From Dendrobates tinctorius (Eukaryota), in assembly GCF_039654945.1 (NCBI RefSeq), contig NW_027361725.1, forward strand, positions 21,948,001-22,012,000: a DNA stretch of 64,000 nucleotides, given 5' to 3'. The stretch's first letter is position 1. Every line of letters starts with the position of its first letter. The translations under genes were made by a program, and so were the position numbers. Positions 1 to 12,710 of the stretch are shown one piece after another. A model generated the notes under the pieces. The model worked only from the letters and a program-made list of their open reading frames with translations, did no database searches and had not been told where the DNA came from.

Positions 1-424
1 TAGAAGGTACTAACACTAATATGGAAGGAACTAACACTTCACACTAATATTGAAGGTACTAACACTAACATAGAAGGTACTAATACTAACATAGAAGGTA
101 CTAACACTAATATGGAAGGAACTAACACTAATATGGAAGGAACTAACACTTCACACTAATATTGAAGGTACTAACACTAACATAGAAGGTACTAACACTA
201 ATATGGAAGGAACTAACACTTCACACTAATATTGAAGGTACTAACACTAACATAGAAGGTACTAACACTAATATGGAAGGAACTAACACTTCACACTAAT
301 ATTGAAGGTACTAACACTAACATAGAAGGTACTAATACTAACATGGAAGGAACTAACACTTCACACTAATATTGAAGGTACTAACACTAGTAAAGACGGT
401 ACTCACACTAACATTGAAAGTACT
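1..424. repeat. Minisatellite of ~21/29-bp units (ACTAACACTAA[C/T]AT[A/G/T]GAAGG[T/A])
   Basis: The unit recurs about 18 times, with a higher-order ~71-bp pattern that includes a CTTCACAC variant; runs off the window start. Confidence 0.9.
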
Positions 425-539
425 ATAATAGCATTGAGGAATCTTGGGAAGCTGTAGAAGGAGTCAGAACCAAACAGATATGCAAAATATGAGTCAATGA
501 GCTACAAATAAGAATGAAGCAGAAAGAAAATGACCGAGA

Positions 540-1797
540 CAGCTTTGGGGCTGAAAATCTGAGGTCCACCGGCCGCATTGTGCCTGCCCGCTCGCTGTCT
601 CCCGCAGTCAGCATTGGTGGAGGAGGGGCCTCTGGCCACATCCTCCATCAATCAGCGTGTGAAATATCATGTCATCGTGTCAGCTGTGTACCGCTGGAGA
701 GTCAGCGCATTGGAGACAGCAACAGAAGCAGGGTGACTGGGAACGAGACCAAAGTGAGTATATGGTGTTTTTTTTTATGTGTATGAATATGGGGGAGAAC
801 ATGAGGATTCTATGGGGGTAAACATGGGTATTCTATAGGAGTGAGCATGGGGATTCTATAGGAGTGAGCATGGGGATTCTATGGGGTGAACATGGGGATT
901 CTATGGGAGTGAACATGGGGATTCTATGGGGGTGTCATGCAGCACATTGGAAGGCTATGGGGGTGACATGCAGCACATGGGGAGGCTATAGGGTGTCATG
1001 CTGCACTCGAGGAGGCAATGGGGGTGTCATGCTGCACACAGGGAGGCTATGGGGATATCATGCTGCACATGGGGAGGCTATGGGGGTATCATGCTGCACA
1101 TGGTAAGGCTATGTGTTAGCTTTATAATGTCATGCAATATATGGGGAGGCTGTGTGAGGCTCAATCAGTATATGGGGAGGCTGTGTGGGGCCTCATGCAG
1201 TATATGGGAGGCTGTGTGGGGCCTCATGCAGTATGTGGAGAGACTGTGGGGCTCATACTGTATATAAGAAGGCTGTGTGGGGCTCATGCAGTATGTGGAG
1301 AGACTGTGGGGCTCATGCTGTATATGGGGAGGCAGTGTGGGGCTCATTCCTTATATAGGGAGGCTGTGTGGGGCTCATTCCTTATATAGGGAGGCTGTGT
1401 GGGGCTCATGTCACATTTAGGGAGGCTGTGTGGGGCTCATGCCATATATAGGGAGGCTGTGTGGGGCTCATGTCGTGTATAGGGAATGTTGTGTGGGGCT
1501 CATGCTGTATATAGGGAGGCTGTGTGGGGCTCATGCCATATATAGGGAGGCTATGTGCGGCTCATGCTGCATATGTAGTAGGCTGTGTGAGGCTCATGCT
1601 GTATATAAGGGGCTGTGGTGGGGTTCAAGGATATCTAGGGGTGTGTCAGCATACTTAATTATGCTCAATATTAAGTGATACAATTAATATGAATAAATTA
1701 ATATTGAGTAGAATTAATTTCAAGCTATTAGTTTGGCCCTCCACAGCAGTCATGGTCTCTCATGTGGCCCCTCATTAAAATTTATTGCCCACCCCTG
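540..1797. mobile_element. Right part of a non-autonomous hAT (Charlie-like) element with an internal minisatellite
   Basis: Ends in ...TTGCCCACCCCTG (reverse complement of the CAGGGGTGGGCAA hAT terminus) at 1797. Left end not identified, possibly upstream of the window. Confidence 0.65.
790..1620. repeat. ~20-32-bp minisatellite (GGGGAGGCTGTGTGGGGCTCATGCxGTATA)
   Basis: Direct tandem repeats; they explain the repetitive ORFs at 864-1678. Confidence 0.9.
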
Positions 1798-3215
1798 CCC
1801 CAGAGTACTGAAGGAGATAGAAGACATTTTTGAACCACTCTCCATAATCTTTGAAAATTGTTGGAGAACAGGAGAAGTTCCAGAAGACTGGAGAAGAGCA
1901 AATGTTCCTATCTTCAAAAAGGGGAAGAAGGTGGACCCAGGGAACTATAGGCCGGTGAGTCTGATTTCTATACCAGGAAAGATCTTTGAACAATTTATTA
2001 AACAACATGTATGTAAGTACCTGGATAAGAATGAAGTGATTAACCAAGTCAGAATGGATTTGTAACTAATAAGCCACGTCATACTAACTTAATTTCCTTC
2101 TATGACAGAATCACTGACTGGGTGGATCAGGGAAATGCTGTAGAAATAGTATATCTTGATTTCAGCAAAGCATTTGACAAAATAACTCACACCATCCTTA
2201 TTGAAACTGGCTTAGTGATTGGACCCAAAGAGTGGTCGTAAATGGCTGCACATCCAGTTGGAAGAATGTCTCAAGTGGGGTACCACAGGGTTCTGTCCTG
2301 AGCCCTTTATTGTTCAACATCTTTATCAATGATTTAGATGAAGGAATTGAGTGTACACTGAATAAATTTACTGATGACACAAAGCTAGGAGGGATAGCTA
2401 ATGCTAGGGAAGAGAGAGAGAGGATTCAAGAAGATATAAATAAACTGGAGCAGTGGGCTGCAACTAACAGAATGGTTTTTAACAGGCAAAAATACAAAGT
2501 ACTACATCTGGGCAATAAGAATGAAAAAAGCATATGCAGAATGGGAGCAATAGGGCTAAGCAACAGCACATGTGAAAACGACTTGGGTATGCTAGTAGAT
2601 CATAAGCTGAACATGAGTCAACAGTGTAATGCAGCAGCAAAAAAGGCAAATGCAATTCTGGGGTGTATTAACAGAAGCATACGGTCTAAATCATGTACCA
2701 TCTACTCCTCTTTGGTCAGATCTCATCTGGAATACTGTGTCCAGTTTTGGTCACCACATTATAAAAAAGACATCAACAAACTGGAGCAAGTTCAGAGAAG
2801 AGCAACCAGAATGATGACCGGTCTGCAAACCATGTCCTGTGAGGAACAGTTACAGGATTTGGGAATGTTTAGCTTGCAGAAGAGAAGACTGAGAGAAGAC
2901 TTAATAGCTGTCTACAAATATCTTAAGGGCTGTCACATTGTAGAAGGATCATCTGTATTCTCATTTGCACAAGGAAAGACTAGAAGCAATGGGATGAAAC
3001 TGAATGGGAGAAGACAAAGATTAGATATTACAAAAAACTTTTTGACAGTTAGGGTGATCAAAGAGTGGAACAGGCTGCCACGAGAGGTGGTGAGTTCTCT
3101 CTCCATGGAAGTCTTTAAACAGAGGCTGGACAGACATCTGTCTGGGATGATTAAGTGGAGCTGATGACACAGGAGGTCTCTTCCAACTCTACCATTCTAT
3201 GATTCTAAGATTCTA
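1798..3215 (+). mobile_element. CR1 LINE 3' fragment (ORF2 reverse transcriptase, frameshifted and partly deleted)
   Basis: Motifs PRVLKE...VPEDWRRANV.PIFKKGKK.DPGNYRPVSL, YLDFSKAFD, SGVPQGSVL, KFTDDTKL and VRSHLEYCVQFWSP; CR1 3' tail ATTCTATG-ATTCTAAG-ATTCTA at 3194-3215. Confidence 0.95.
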
Positions 3216-3527
3216 GCTAAAATCTTGCCTTGCTGAGCTGTTCTAAGGACCTGTCCATGGCCACCAGTAATGTATGATTGCGCCAAGTTTGGAGCTCAGA
3301 CATATGGTTACTAGGATATACACATGAAAGGAAAGCAGGCATTTGAAATTCTGACCTGGACCCTTTCTACTTGAGACGTTGTTGGTTGTCCAACATGTCG
3401 CCTGCATTTAGAAACCTTGCTCATCACCAATTCTGTCTTTTGGTTTTGTACTGGGTAGCCCATCCTAATGACATCACCAATGATTATAGGATACAACTCG
3501 CTCAAGAGAAAGTTTTTTAGCTTAATA

Positions 3528-4308
3528 TAGTTGTATGGAAAAGTTTTTGCCCCTTCCTGATTTCCTATTCTTTTGCATGTTTGTCACACTTAAATGTTTT
3601 AGATCACCAAGCAAATTTAAATATTAGACAAAGATAACACAAGAACTCACAAAATTCAGTTTTTAAAAGAACATAAAAGGTCATCTCAATTTTGCCAGAA
3701 AACATCTTGATGATCCACAAAACTTTTGGGAGCATACTCTGTGGATTGACAAGAAAAAAGTTGAACTTTTTGAAAGGTGTATGTCCCATTACATCTGGCG
3801 TAGAAGTTACACTGCATTTCAGAAGAGGAAGATAATACCAACTGTAAAATATGGTGGTGGTAGTGTGATGGCTTAAGAAAAACAAAACTAAGACTTTGAA
3901 GTGGCCTAGTCAGAGTCCTGACCTTAGTCCAATTGAGATGAAGTGGCATGACCTTAAACAGGCAGTTCATGCTCAGAAACCCTCCAATGTGGCTGAATTA
4001 TAACAATTCTGCAATGTTGAGTATGCCAAAATTCTTACAGAGCACTGTAAAAGGCTCATTGCCAGTTATCACAAATGCTTGATTACTGTTAAGGGTGGCC
4101 CAACCAGTTATTAGATATATCGGGTAATCATCTGTAGGTTTGGATTTGATTTTTCCCTTAATAATAAATCTAAAAACTGTATTTTTTGTTTACTTGTATT
4201 ATTGTTGTCTAATATTTATTTTTTGGGGGGGATCTGAAACAATTAAATGTGAAAAAATGCAAAAAGATAGGAAATCAGAAAAGGAGCAAACACTTTTTCA
4301 CATAACTT
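3528..4308 (+). mobile_element. Internally deleted Tc1-like transposon
   Basis: TA flanks at 3526-27 and 4309-10; degenerate TIRs (…TTTGCCCCTTCCTGATTTCCTATTCTTTTGCAT / ATGCAAAAAGATAGGAAATCAGAAAAGGAGCAAA…); remnant WPSQSPDLSPIEM.WHDLKQAVH near 3900. Confidence 0.88.
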
Positions 4309-4439
4309 TATGTCATTGTTATCCAAGAAAATATCTAATAAAGAATTACATGGATGCTGGTTGATTCCAGACCAGGACAAGACATTAATTTTATTTTTAA
4401 GCATACTCGGTTTGCAATTTTTGTATGGATTTTTTTACT

Positions 4440-4736
4440 GTAGTTGTGATAAAATCAGTTTTATCAGTGGGCGATTATCACTAAAGGACTAGTAAACGTG
4501 CTGCCATGTAGTCCACCATATTCATGAGCTTTGTCTAACCCCACCCACATCACTGATTGGCTGCTTTCTGCCTATTCACAGTGTACACAGAAAGCAGCCA
4601 ATCAGTGGTGGGGCAGAGTTATACAGAACTCAGCATTCACAGAACTGCAGAACAAGCAGCCCAGTAAGTGATACATTGCTGGAATCAGAATCTCTGTTCC
4701 TACATGAGGGTGATAACCTGGTGACAGATTCCCTTT
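4440..4736. mobile_element. Partial T2/Kolobok-type MITE
   Basis: Ends GTGACAGATTCCCTTT; similar to the complete copies at 38899 and 39534. Confidence 0.55.
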
Positions 4737-4902
4737 CATGTTTATAGGTGTGGATTTATCTCTGTTCCAGCCTCCATCAGTCAAGCATGTTGCATTTTAC
4801 CGGTTTCAGAAGAAAAAAAACTAGAGTGTTACAGAGTGACTTGCAACCAAATTTCCTCATTGAAGTAACATATGTGTATGGATGCTTGATCCAGCATCCT
4901 AA

Positions 4903-5296
4903 GGCCTCTTTCACACTTCAGTTTTTTGCATCAGTCAAGATCCGCCAAAAGGACGGATGGCGGATCCGTTTTAGTACTGATGAGAGAGAGAGAGAGAATT
5001 TTTTTTTTTTCTCCGGCACCCAGAAAGAATTTCAGGTTAAATGAGTGTCTGGAGGATCCGCCACAGAAAAAAACGTTGCAAGCTCCGTTTTGAAATCTTT
5101 GAGGATGGTGACGGACAGGAACTTTTGGCGGATCCGCAAAAAAAACGGATGCAACGGACGGCAATCCGTCACAATCCGCCAATAATAAAAGTCATTGGGG
5201 AAAAAAACGGATCCTCAAAAGAAAACTGCGGATCCGTTTTTTTCAAAACCTGGCAGAGTGTGACTGATTGTAAAAAACGGAAGTGTGAAAGAGGCA
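4903..5296. mobile_element. Palindromic PIF/Harbinger-type MITE
   Basis: TAA|GGCCTCTTTCACACTTC ... GAAGTGTGAAAGAGGC; internal GGATCCG/AACGGA inverted motifs. Confidence 0.75.
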
Positions 5297-5568
5297 GAAG
5301 TGCTTCTCTTGTAGCTTTAGGCTGTAAAATAACATGATTACTTGCTCTTTTTCTCGGAGGTGGAGAGAAAAGAAAAAAAAAGTATCTCCATCTTCCACCA
5401 TTCCGTCATTCCATGACAATCTGACTGTTTGTACAGACCCATAGACATGAATGGGCGAATGCCATCTTGGAAGCAGATCTCTGACTAATAGAGGGGATTC
5501 CTCAGGTTTGGGCACCCCTCTATGCCCTAACTGGTCTTAAAGATAAGGTTTATCTTATTGAAACATTT

Positions 5569-6062
5569 CAGGGGTGGACAAATCATTGGTGTAACCTATA
5601 TACCTGTGCCACACAGGGGCCCAAGAGGTAAGGGGACCCATTTTCACCTCTAAGTTGGAATTATGCATTATGAGTAGTGATGAGCAACTATACTCGTTGC
5701 TTGTTTTCCCGAGTATGCTCAGGTGTCCTCCAAGTATTTTGGCGTGCTCGGAGATTTAGTTTTCGTCGTCTCATCTGCATGATTTGCGACTGCTAGACAG
5801 CTTGAATACATGTGTGGATTGCCTGTTTGTTAGGGAATTCCCACATGTATTCATCCTGTCTACAAGTCGCAAATCATGCAGATGAGACAGCGAAAACTAA
5901 ATCTCCAAACACGCCAAAGTACTCAGAGGACACCCAAGCATGCTCGGGAAAACCCGAGCAACGAGTATACTCACTCATCATCACTAATTATGAGTTCTTG
6001 GGCTGCCAAGGACCCATATATCATTCTTGCAAAGGGGCCTATTTTGTCTGTGTCCGCCAGTG
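5569..6062. mobile_element. hAT MITE (CAGGGGTGGACA...TGTCCGCCAGTG) hosting a second MITE
   Basis: Terminal inverted repeats; same family as 37295-37828. Confidence 0.7.
5675..5986. mobile_element. Palindromic hAT MITE (TAGTGATGAGC termini)
   Basis: Perfect 8-bp TSD ATTATGAG at 5667-74 and 5987-94; long inverted arms; sister copy at 42401-42691. Confidence 0.92.
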
Positions 6063-7617
6063 AAATTCTTTATATGGCACTGCACATACAGCAAGAAAAC
6101 TTTGCTGTTCTTTACTTGTTACTTTGATATGTTATATTTAGGTGGTAATAATAATAAATCACATCTAAATAAACCTTTCATTCTTTTAAGGAAGTACATG
6201 GAATTTTGTATCACACTAGATACAGTCAATACTTCCTTCTGTCACAGGTACATTTTGTGTACTTTTTGTATTTAATTCAGTTTCAGGCTCCCATCCAAGA
6301 GGTAATAAGTGCAGGGACCGCCTGCTGCGTGATCATTTTTAATTTTAAAAGTGAGAAAGGAAGAAGCTTCCAGGAACCATGGAACGAATATATTAGTAAT
6401 TAAGACTTGAAGTTTCCATCGCTTTGACTCAATCAAACATATTTACCTGTAAAGGGAACCGCCAGTGAAACTTTTCTAGATGAGTTTCCATCCATGTAGT
6501 GTAACAGTAGAGGGCGGCTCAGTAGGTGGCTCATTACGGAGGCACCTCTGGTCTTCATAGACATGCACATACAAGACTTGGCTTGGGGCCCCTGATAAGG
6601 TTTAACAGTGCACCATGGTTTTCATCTGACGCTTTTTAATAATAATCTAAATTGCAGGTTACCGATATCACCGTGACAAATGAAAAATTTCTAGACCTGA
6701 CAAATCCACCAACAATACTTTCTAAATCACTGCATCAATTCGATTTCCTATATGTGCTTATTACAAAGCGCTTGTTGTCAAACACACTTGATAAGTCCTT
6801 GGGGAACTGACTAAGTAAGGACAACAATTGGCCAGGTTCTCATTTCGACTCAATCACCTGAGAACCGTTCTGTAGAACGCCACCACAAGGCTTGGATTAC
6901 CTGTTCCGCTTATTGTTTACCTGCCTAACTATTTTCTCCTTCGAGTCAATTCTCTTTACAGTTAAAGTGACTTGTTGATGACAATGGCAACAAGCTGTTC
7001 TATAGGGGCGGCATTCTTGCCTATTTTACCATAGTATTCATCTATGTCTTTTTTTTTTTCCCGTGGTCTCTTTCGTTTCTGAGAATTTTCTCCCCTAGCC
7101 AGATGTTATCCGCTTTTGTTTCTCTGCTGCGAGCATAAACATTATAATCACATACAGACAACAGCACAGCTACAATATTTAGAAAACATTTTTCACACCT
7201 CCTTATTAAGAGAGATTATGACTCATAGCTATGCCATTGTCTCAGCCAGCCTCCCCGCAGCAGACAGCCCCAGACCGACATCTGAAAACACACTGGAGCT
7301 GGAGGAAAGCTTGCAGACCTGAAACCGCTACACTATTGTTTATGCTTATTAGCCTATACAACATTTAGGTCCTTTTATTTTTGTGAACACTAGGTATTAC
7401 CGACATGTAGAGCCGGACCTACCCTTCATCATGACTGGCAGAGCAAATGAAATGTCTGATTTTCACATTTTGTGTAGTAGGAACAGAGTGATTGTAAATA
7501 AAATAAAACAGTACAGGAAAAATCTTGTGGTGCTAATGGCAATCCGTGAGTTAATTACTTCCATTTTTAAATCTTTACTTTCAGCCTGACAATAGGATTC
7601 TGGTTGATTGCCATTAA

Positions 7618-8750
7618 AAGATTTGTCTGGTGTTAAGCTACAAAGTCTGAAGACAGTCAGGGAGACTGTGGACTTTTGAATCCTCACGTTGTGCACACTG
7701 CACACTCTCAGGGTTCGCCAGCACCAAGAGAGGGCCGTCATATAACCACATGTATGCGATTTTCATACTTCCGGCCACATTCTGAATAGACTTGCATATT
7801 TTCAGCCACACTACTACTAGACTTGCATACTTCCGGCCACATTACTACTAGACTTGCATACTTCCGGCCACATTACTACTAGACTTGCATACTTCCAGCC
7901 ACATTACGACTAGACTTGCATACTTCCAGACACATTACGACTAGACTTGCATACTTCCAGACACATTACGACTAGACTTGCATACTTCCAGCCACATTAC
8001 GACTAGACTTGCATACTTCCAGCCACATTACGAATAGACTTGCATACTTCCAGCCACATTACGTCTACACTTGCATACTTCCAGCCACATTACGACTAGA
8101 CTTGCATACTTCCAGCCACATTACGTCTAGACTTGCATACTTCCAGCCACATTATGACTAGACTTGCATACTTCCGGCCACATTACGACTAGACTTGCAT
8201 ACTTCCGGCCACATTACGACTAGACTTGCATACTTCCAGCCACATTACGACTAGACTTGCATACTTCCAGCCACATTACGAATAGACTTGCATACTTCCA
8301 GCCACATTATGACTAGACTTGCATACTTCCGGCCACATTACGACTAGACTTGCATACTTCCAGCCACATTACGTCTAGACTTGCATACTTCCAGCCACAT
8401 TATGACTAGACTTGCATACTTCCGGCCACATTACGACTAGACTTGCCTACTTCCAGCAACATTACGACTAGACTTGCCTACTTCCAGCAACATTACGATT
8501 AGACTTGCATACTTCCAGCCACATTTCAACTAGACATGTCCAGCCTCTCCCACTACACTTGCATTGTTCGAGACCGTGCATGTCTTGTTGGCACGTGACT
8601 GCATGAATGCAAATCGCATACTTTAGGTCGAGCACCCTCCTCCAACACTGAAGAATCCTCACTGTGTGTAGAGTGCACAATGTGAGGATTCACAAGTCTG
8701 CAGTCACATAAAGTGTCTTCAGACTTGCTCCAGAAGAGCAGAAAACCCTT
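7618..8750. mobile_element. T2/Kolobok-type MITE expanded by an internal 31-bp array
   Basis: TTAA and CTAA flanks; inverted arms (GAATCCTCACGTTGTGCAC / GTGCACAATGTGAGGATTC); homologous to 36978-37257. Confidence 0.7.
7764..8535. repeat. 31-bp minisatellite TAGACTTGCATACTTCCAGCCACATTACGAC, about 25 copies
   Basis: Near-identical head-to-tail units with no spacers. Confidence 0.95.
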
Positions 8751-9886
8751 CTAATATATAAGACACTACGTGTTATAGTAGCCACGATGATCTTTCTTCT
8801 TCCATATGGTACCTGTGTAAACTACCTAATGGTGTAACAGAGGGTGTAATCATTTACAAAAGGCAAATCACTGATATCTCTGGGAAAAGAAATAATGTAA
8901 GTCAATGAAAATGCAGAATTTTCCCTGACGAGAGCATAGTGAATAGTAGAGCAATGGTGTCTAGTCCTAACTGCAGAGCGCGATAATCATTACATCCATT
9001 GTACGGAAAAGCTTAGTTTTAACTCCAGAAAGCTCCAACAATCAGATCTGATTGTTTTCGGAGCTACAGAGGTGATGATTATCATTAGTAATTGGTAAAT
9101 AGTACAGATACTTAAGTGCAATCTTTCTAAGTACATACAAATCACCCAAAAAAAATGTTTTTAGCAAATTACCACGCATTGTTTTTTGTTTTGTTTTTTT
9201 AGTTTTTTAGGATGTGTTAAGATATTGATACAACTAATAACAATGTGATGTTTTTCACTGCAGTGACTTTTAGTAATTTTACAGGACTAATATTTATTTT
9301 TTTACAATACGTGCACTATATAGAATCATTTCATTGGTTTACATCATGCCATTGTGAAGAGACAAGAGTCTATAAAGGAGTGCAGGACGTGAACAAAGAT
9401 TAGTATATATGAAGCATTCTTTTTTTCAATCATCAACTTTTCTAAATTGGGTTTTTATTAAATATTCTGTATATTTGATAGACTGTTACCAGATGCAATT
9501 AATGTTTGATAAGTTGGTGTCTGAACAATGTGACTTGTTTGGCCTCCTAAAAAGCCAATCAAAGCTGAAAAGCTGAAGGGGCAGAAGTATTTTCTTAGTA
9601 CTCTGCCACATAAAGAGGTTGTCAAATACTTCTTAGGATAGGTCATCAATGTCTGATTGGCCAGGGTCCCTCCACCTTGACCAGCTGTTATCGGCGTTGG
9701 CAGGCTGGAAATTCTTGACAGTGGCCAAGGTATGGTACCGCACATCCATCTTCTATTCAAATCTATAGGAGGCGGATATGTAGTACGCTGCAGAGGGGAC
9801 TATCAGAAGACGGAGCAGCTTCACAAGTGAGCATTACCAGCCGCCACCATTGACAACGATAACAGTTGATTAGCCGGGGTACAAGG

Positions 9887-11188
9887 CAGGGGCGGGACTA
9901 TCGCGGTTGCAGCGGTCACAGCTGTGACGGGGCCCGGAGTCCTCAGGGGCCCGATCGCGGAGCTGCAGCCGCTCATTGGCTGTGCAGCTCAGTTCTTTGA
10001 TTGGCTGCAACTGGCTGCTCTGTGCGCACAGGACCGGTGATGAGGTCACAGGAGGGGAGGAGTCATGGGGTTCACATGATCAGGGGCCTCTGTCTTAGGC
10101 CCTTGATCATGTGACCACCTGACTCTTCCCCTCCTGTGACTTCATCACACAGCCCACAGTGTATGCAGGACTGCTGTGCTGGTTGTCATGATGCACTGCT
10201 GGATGAGGGTAAGTTTATGTGTGGGGTGAGGGGTTTACAGGGTGGATGTAGCAGAGCTGTGTGTGTATGAGGTGTGGGGAGCCGTATGTGTATGAAGTGT
10301 ATGGATGTACAGAGAGGAGCCGTGTGTACCAAGTGTATGTAGTGCAGCCGTGTGTGTATGAGGTGTATGGAGCAGAGCCGTATGTGTACGAGGTGTACGG
10401 AGCTGAGACGTGAGTGTACGAGGTGAGCGGAGCTGTGTGTGTGCGAGGTGTATGGCGCAGAACCGTTTGTGCGAAGTGTAAGGAGCGGAGCCGTGAGTGT
10501 ATGAGGTGTACGGAGCGGAGCCGTGTGTGTGTACGAAGTGTATGTAGTGCAACCATGTGTGTATGAGGTGTATGGAGCGGAGCCGTGTGTGTACGAGGTG
10601 GACGGAGCAGAGCTGTGTGTACGAGGTGTATGGAGCGGAGCCGTGAGTGTACGAGGTGTACGGAGCGGAGCCGCGTGTGTGTACGAAGTGTATGTAGTGC
10701 AGCCATGTGTGTATGAGGTGTATGGAGCGGAGCCATGTGTGTACGAGGTGGACGGAGCTGAACCGTGTGTGTGCAAGGTGAGCGGAGCCGTGTGTGTATG
10801 AGGTGTATGGAGCAGAGCCGTGTGTGTGTGAAGTGTATGGAATGAAGCCATGTGTGTATGAGGTGTACGGACCGGAGCCGTGTGTGTACGGAGCGCAGCC
10901 GTGTGTGTACGAGGTGTACGGAGCGGAGCCGTGTGTGTGTATACGAGGTGTACGGAGAGCTGTGTGTATGGAGTGCAGCCGTGTATGTACGAGGTGTACC
11001 AAGCAGAGCCGTGTGTGTTCGAGGTGAGCTGAGTATATATGAGGTGTACAGAGCAGAGTCGCGCGTGTATGAGGGGTATGGAGCCGCACGTGTACGAGGT
11101 GTACGGAGCAGAGATGTGCATGTATTTTGGCATTGGGGCCCATTTGAAAGTTCGCACCGGGGCCCATAACTTTGTAGTTACGCTACTG
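9887..11188. mobile_element. Non-autonomous hAT element with an internal minisatellite
   Basis: CAGGGGCG...CGCTACTG termini; TSD GTACAAGG / GTACCAGG (7/8 match). Confidence 0.85.
10240..11120. repeat. ~30-32-bp minisatellite (GTGTACGAGGTGTA[C/T]GGAGCGGAGCCGTGT)
   Basis: Tandem units; they generate the spurious 310-323-aa HTAP/YTHGSAP ORFs. Confidence 0.92.
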
Positions 11189-12672
11189 GTACCAGGTGTT
11201 GAACTTCGACCGATCAGACATTGATGACATCCAAAAGATAGGTCATCAATGCTAAATGTTGTGAATTCACGTTCTGGCCTACCTCTGGTTACAAGTGAAG
11301 GTAGTGGAGCTGGTTATACTGACAGAGGGGTCGCGAGTTCTCTTTCCGGGCTCCCTCTGGTGGTTACAGGAGGTAATGGCGCTGATCTAATTAACAGAGG
11401 TCTGCCACCTGATAATGAGGAGGACGATTGGACATCTGGAGTTTCTGATTGGATTTAAGACAGCTGACTCCCTCTATCCTTGCTGGTGATTTTTTCCCGC
11501 CTCCTGAGGTCTTAGTTTCCAGCTCAGTCCCTGCAGGCTCAAGCTAAGTGTTTTTCTGTCTATTTCAGTTTTGTGTGGTCAGCCAGCCCCTGCTGGGGCT
11601 GTGCTGAATTTCCATCCTTATGTTACTGTTTGTGCCAGTTAGTTTTTGTCCCTTATTAGATTGGCCTCTCTTTGCTCTGTTTTCAGAATATACCAGAGAG
11701 CTGATATAGTGGGCGAAGGCTAGTGACTTCAGTGTTTTTTCTATCAGACGTGTTGGGCATTTTTTGCAGGGTTTTTTGCGTGACTGCAGACAGTAGCTTT
11801 CCTTTCCTTTCTAGTTAGTGTGGGCCCCATCATTTGCTCAGTCTATTTTTCTGCCTGCATTTGTGTTTTCATCTTGTCTCACCTACAATATATGTTTGGG
11901 GGTCATCTATTCCTTTGGGGTCTGCTCTGGGGCAGTTTAGATTTCCACTTTCTGGCTTTAGGCTTATTTATTTCTCCGGCTGTGTCGAGGCGTCTAGGAT
12001 CATCGTAGGCACGCTCCACGGCTACTGCTAGTTGTGTGGATAGGATCAGGTGTCTGCAATCTGCTTAGTTACTGTCATGTCGGACACTGTTCGCACCAGG
12101 GTGTCCGGCAGACAGTGGTAATACCCCATCCTACCACTTGATTCTCAGCGGCGCTGGTTGATCTTCTGATCCGGCTTGGATTGGGTTAACCAGGTTGTCA
12201 GTCTGGCTGAGGGCTTAGCCATGCCCTCTGTCTTTAAATTGTCCTGCGTGACTATGGGCGACGCCGACTATAGCTCTTGCCTTGTGCTAGCGATACCGGT
12301 CTGGAGTGGTGGTCTAAGGAGCATATGGTTTCTGGTGTAGTATATTCCGTTGTTGCCATTTTGCCTCCCTGTGTTGTATTTTTTGGTTGCCCTTGCACAT
12401 TATTGTATTCTCCTGTGTGTACGCGGTGTGGTGCATTTCCTTTATCCCTGTCCATACTTATTTGTGGGGTCTGGTGTTTGGTCTCCTCACTGGGTGGAGG
12501 GTGGTGGGTTCAGCTTAGGGCTGGACAGGAGACAAGGACAGGGTGGAGGCCCAAGCAGGCACACCTTCAGTGTAAACCCTGGGTTGAGGGACAACAGGGT
12601 CTCCCCTAGTCTGAGGGACACCGCAGGGGCCCCGGGGTTTCAGCCTAAAGTAACCTAGGCTTCCCATGACAT

Positions 12673-12682
12673 TATAGTCAGC
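12673..12682 (+). promoter_or_regulatory. Self-priming PBS of family A
   Basis: TATAGTCAGC is 9/10 complementary to GCCGACTATA (12263-72), 30 bp after a TTTAAA TATA-like box. Confidence 0.75.
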
Positions 12683-12710
12683 CCAAAAAAAAAAAAAAGG
12701 ATTATTTACC

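Noticed and set aside
7764-8535. CRISPR-like regular ~31-bp array
   Set aside because: No unique spacers, no cas genes and a eukaryotic context; it is a minisatellite.
10186-11167. 310- and 323-aa His/Thr-rich ORFs
   Set aside because: Translations of a stop-poor minisatellite that is open in several frames.
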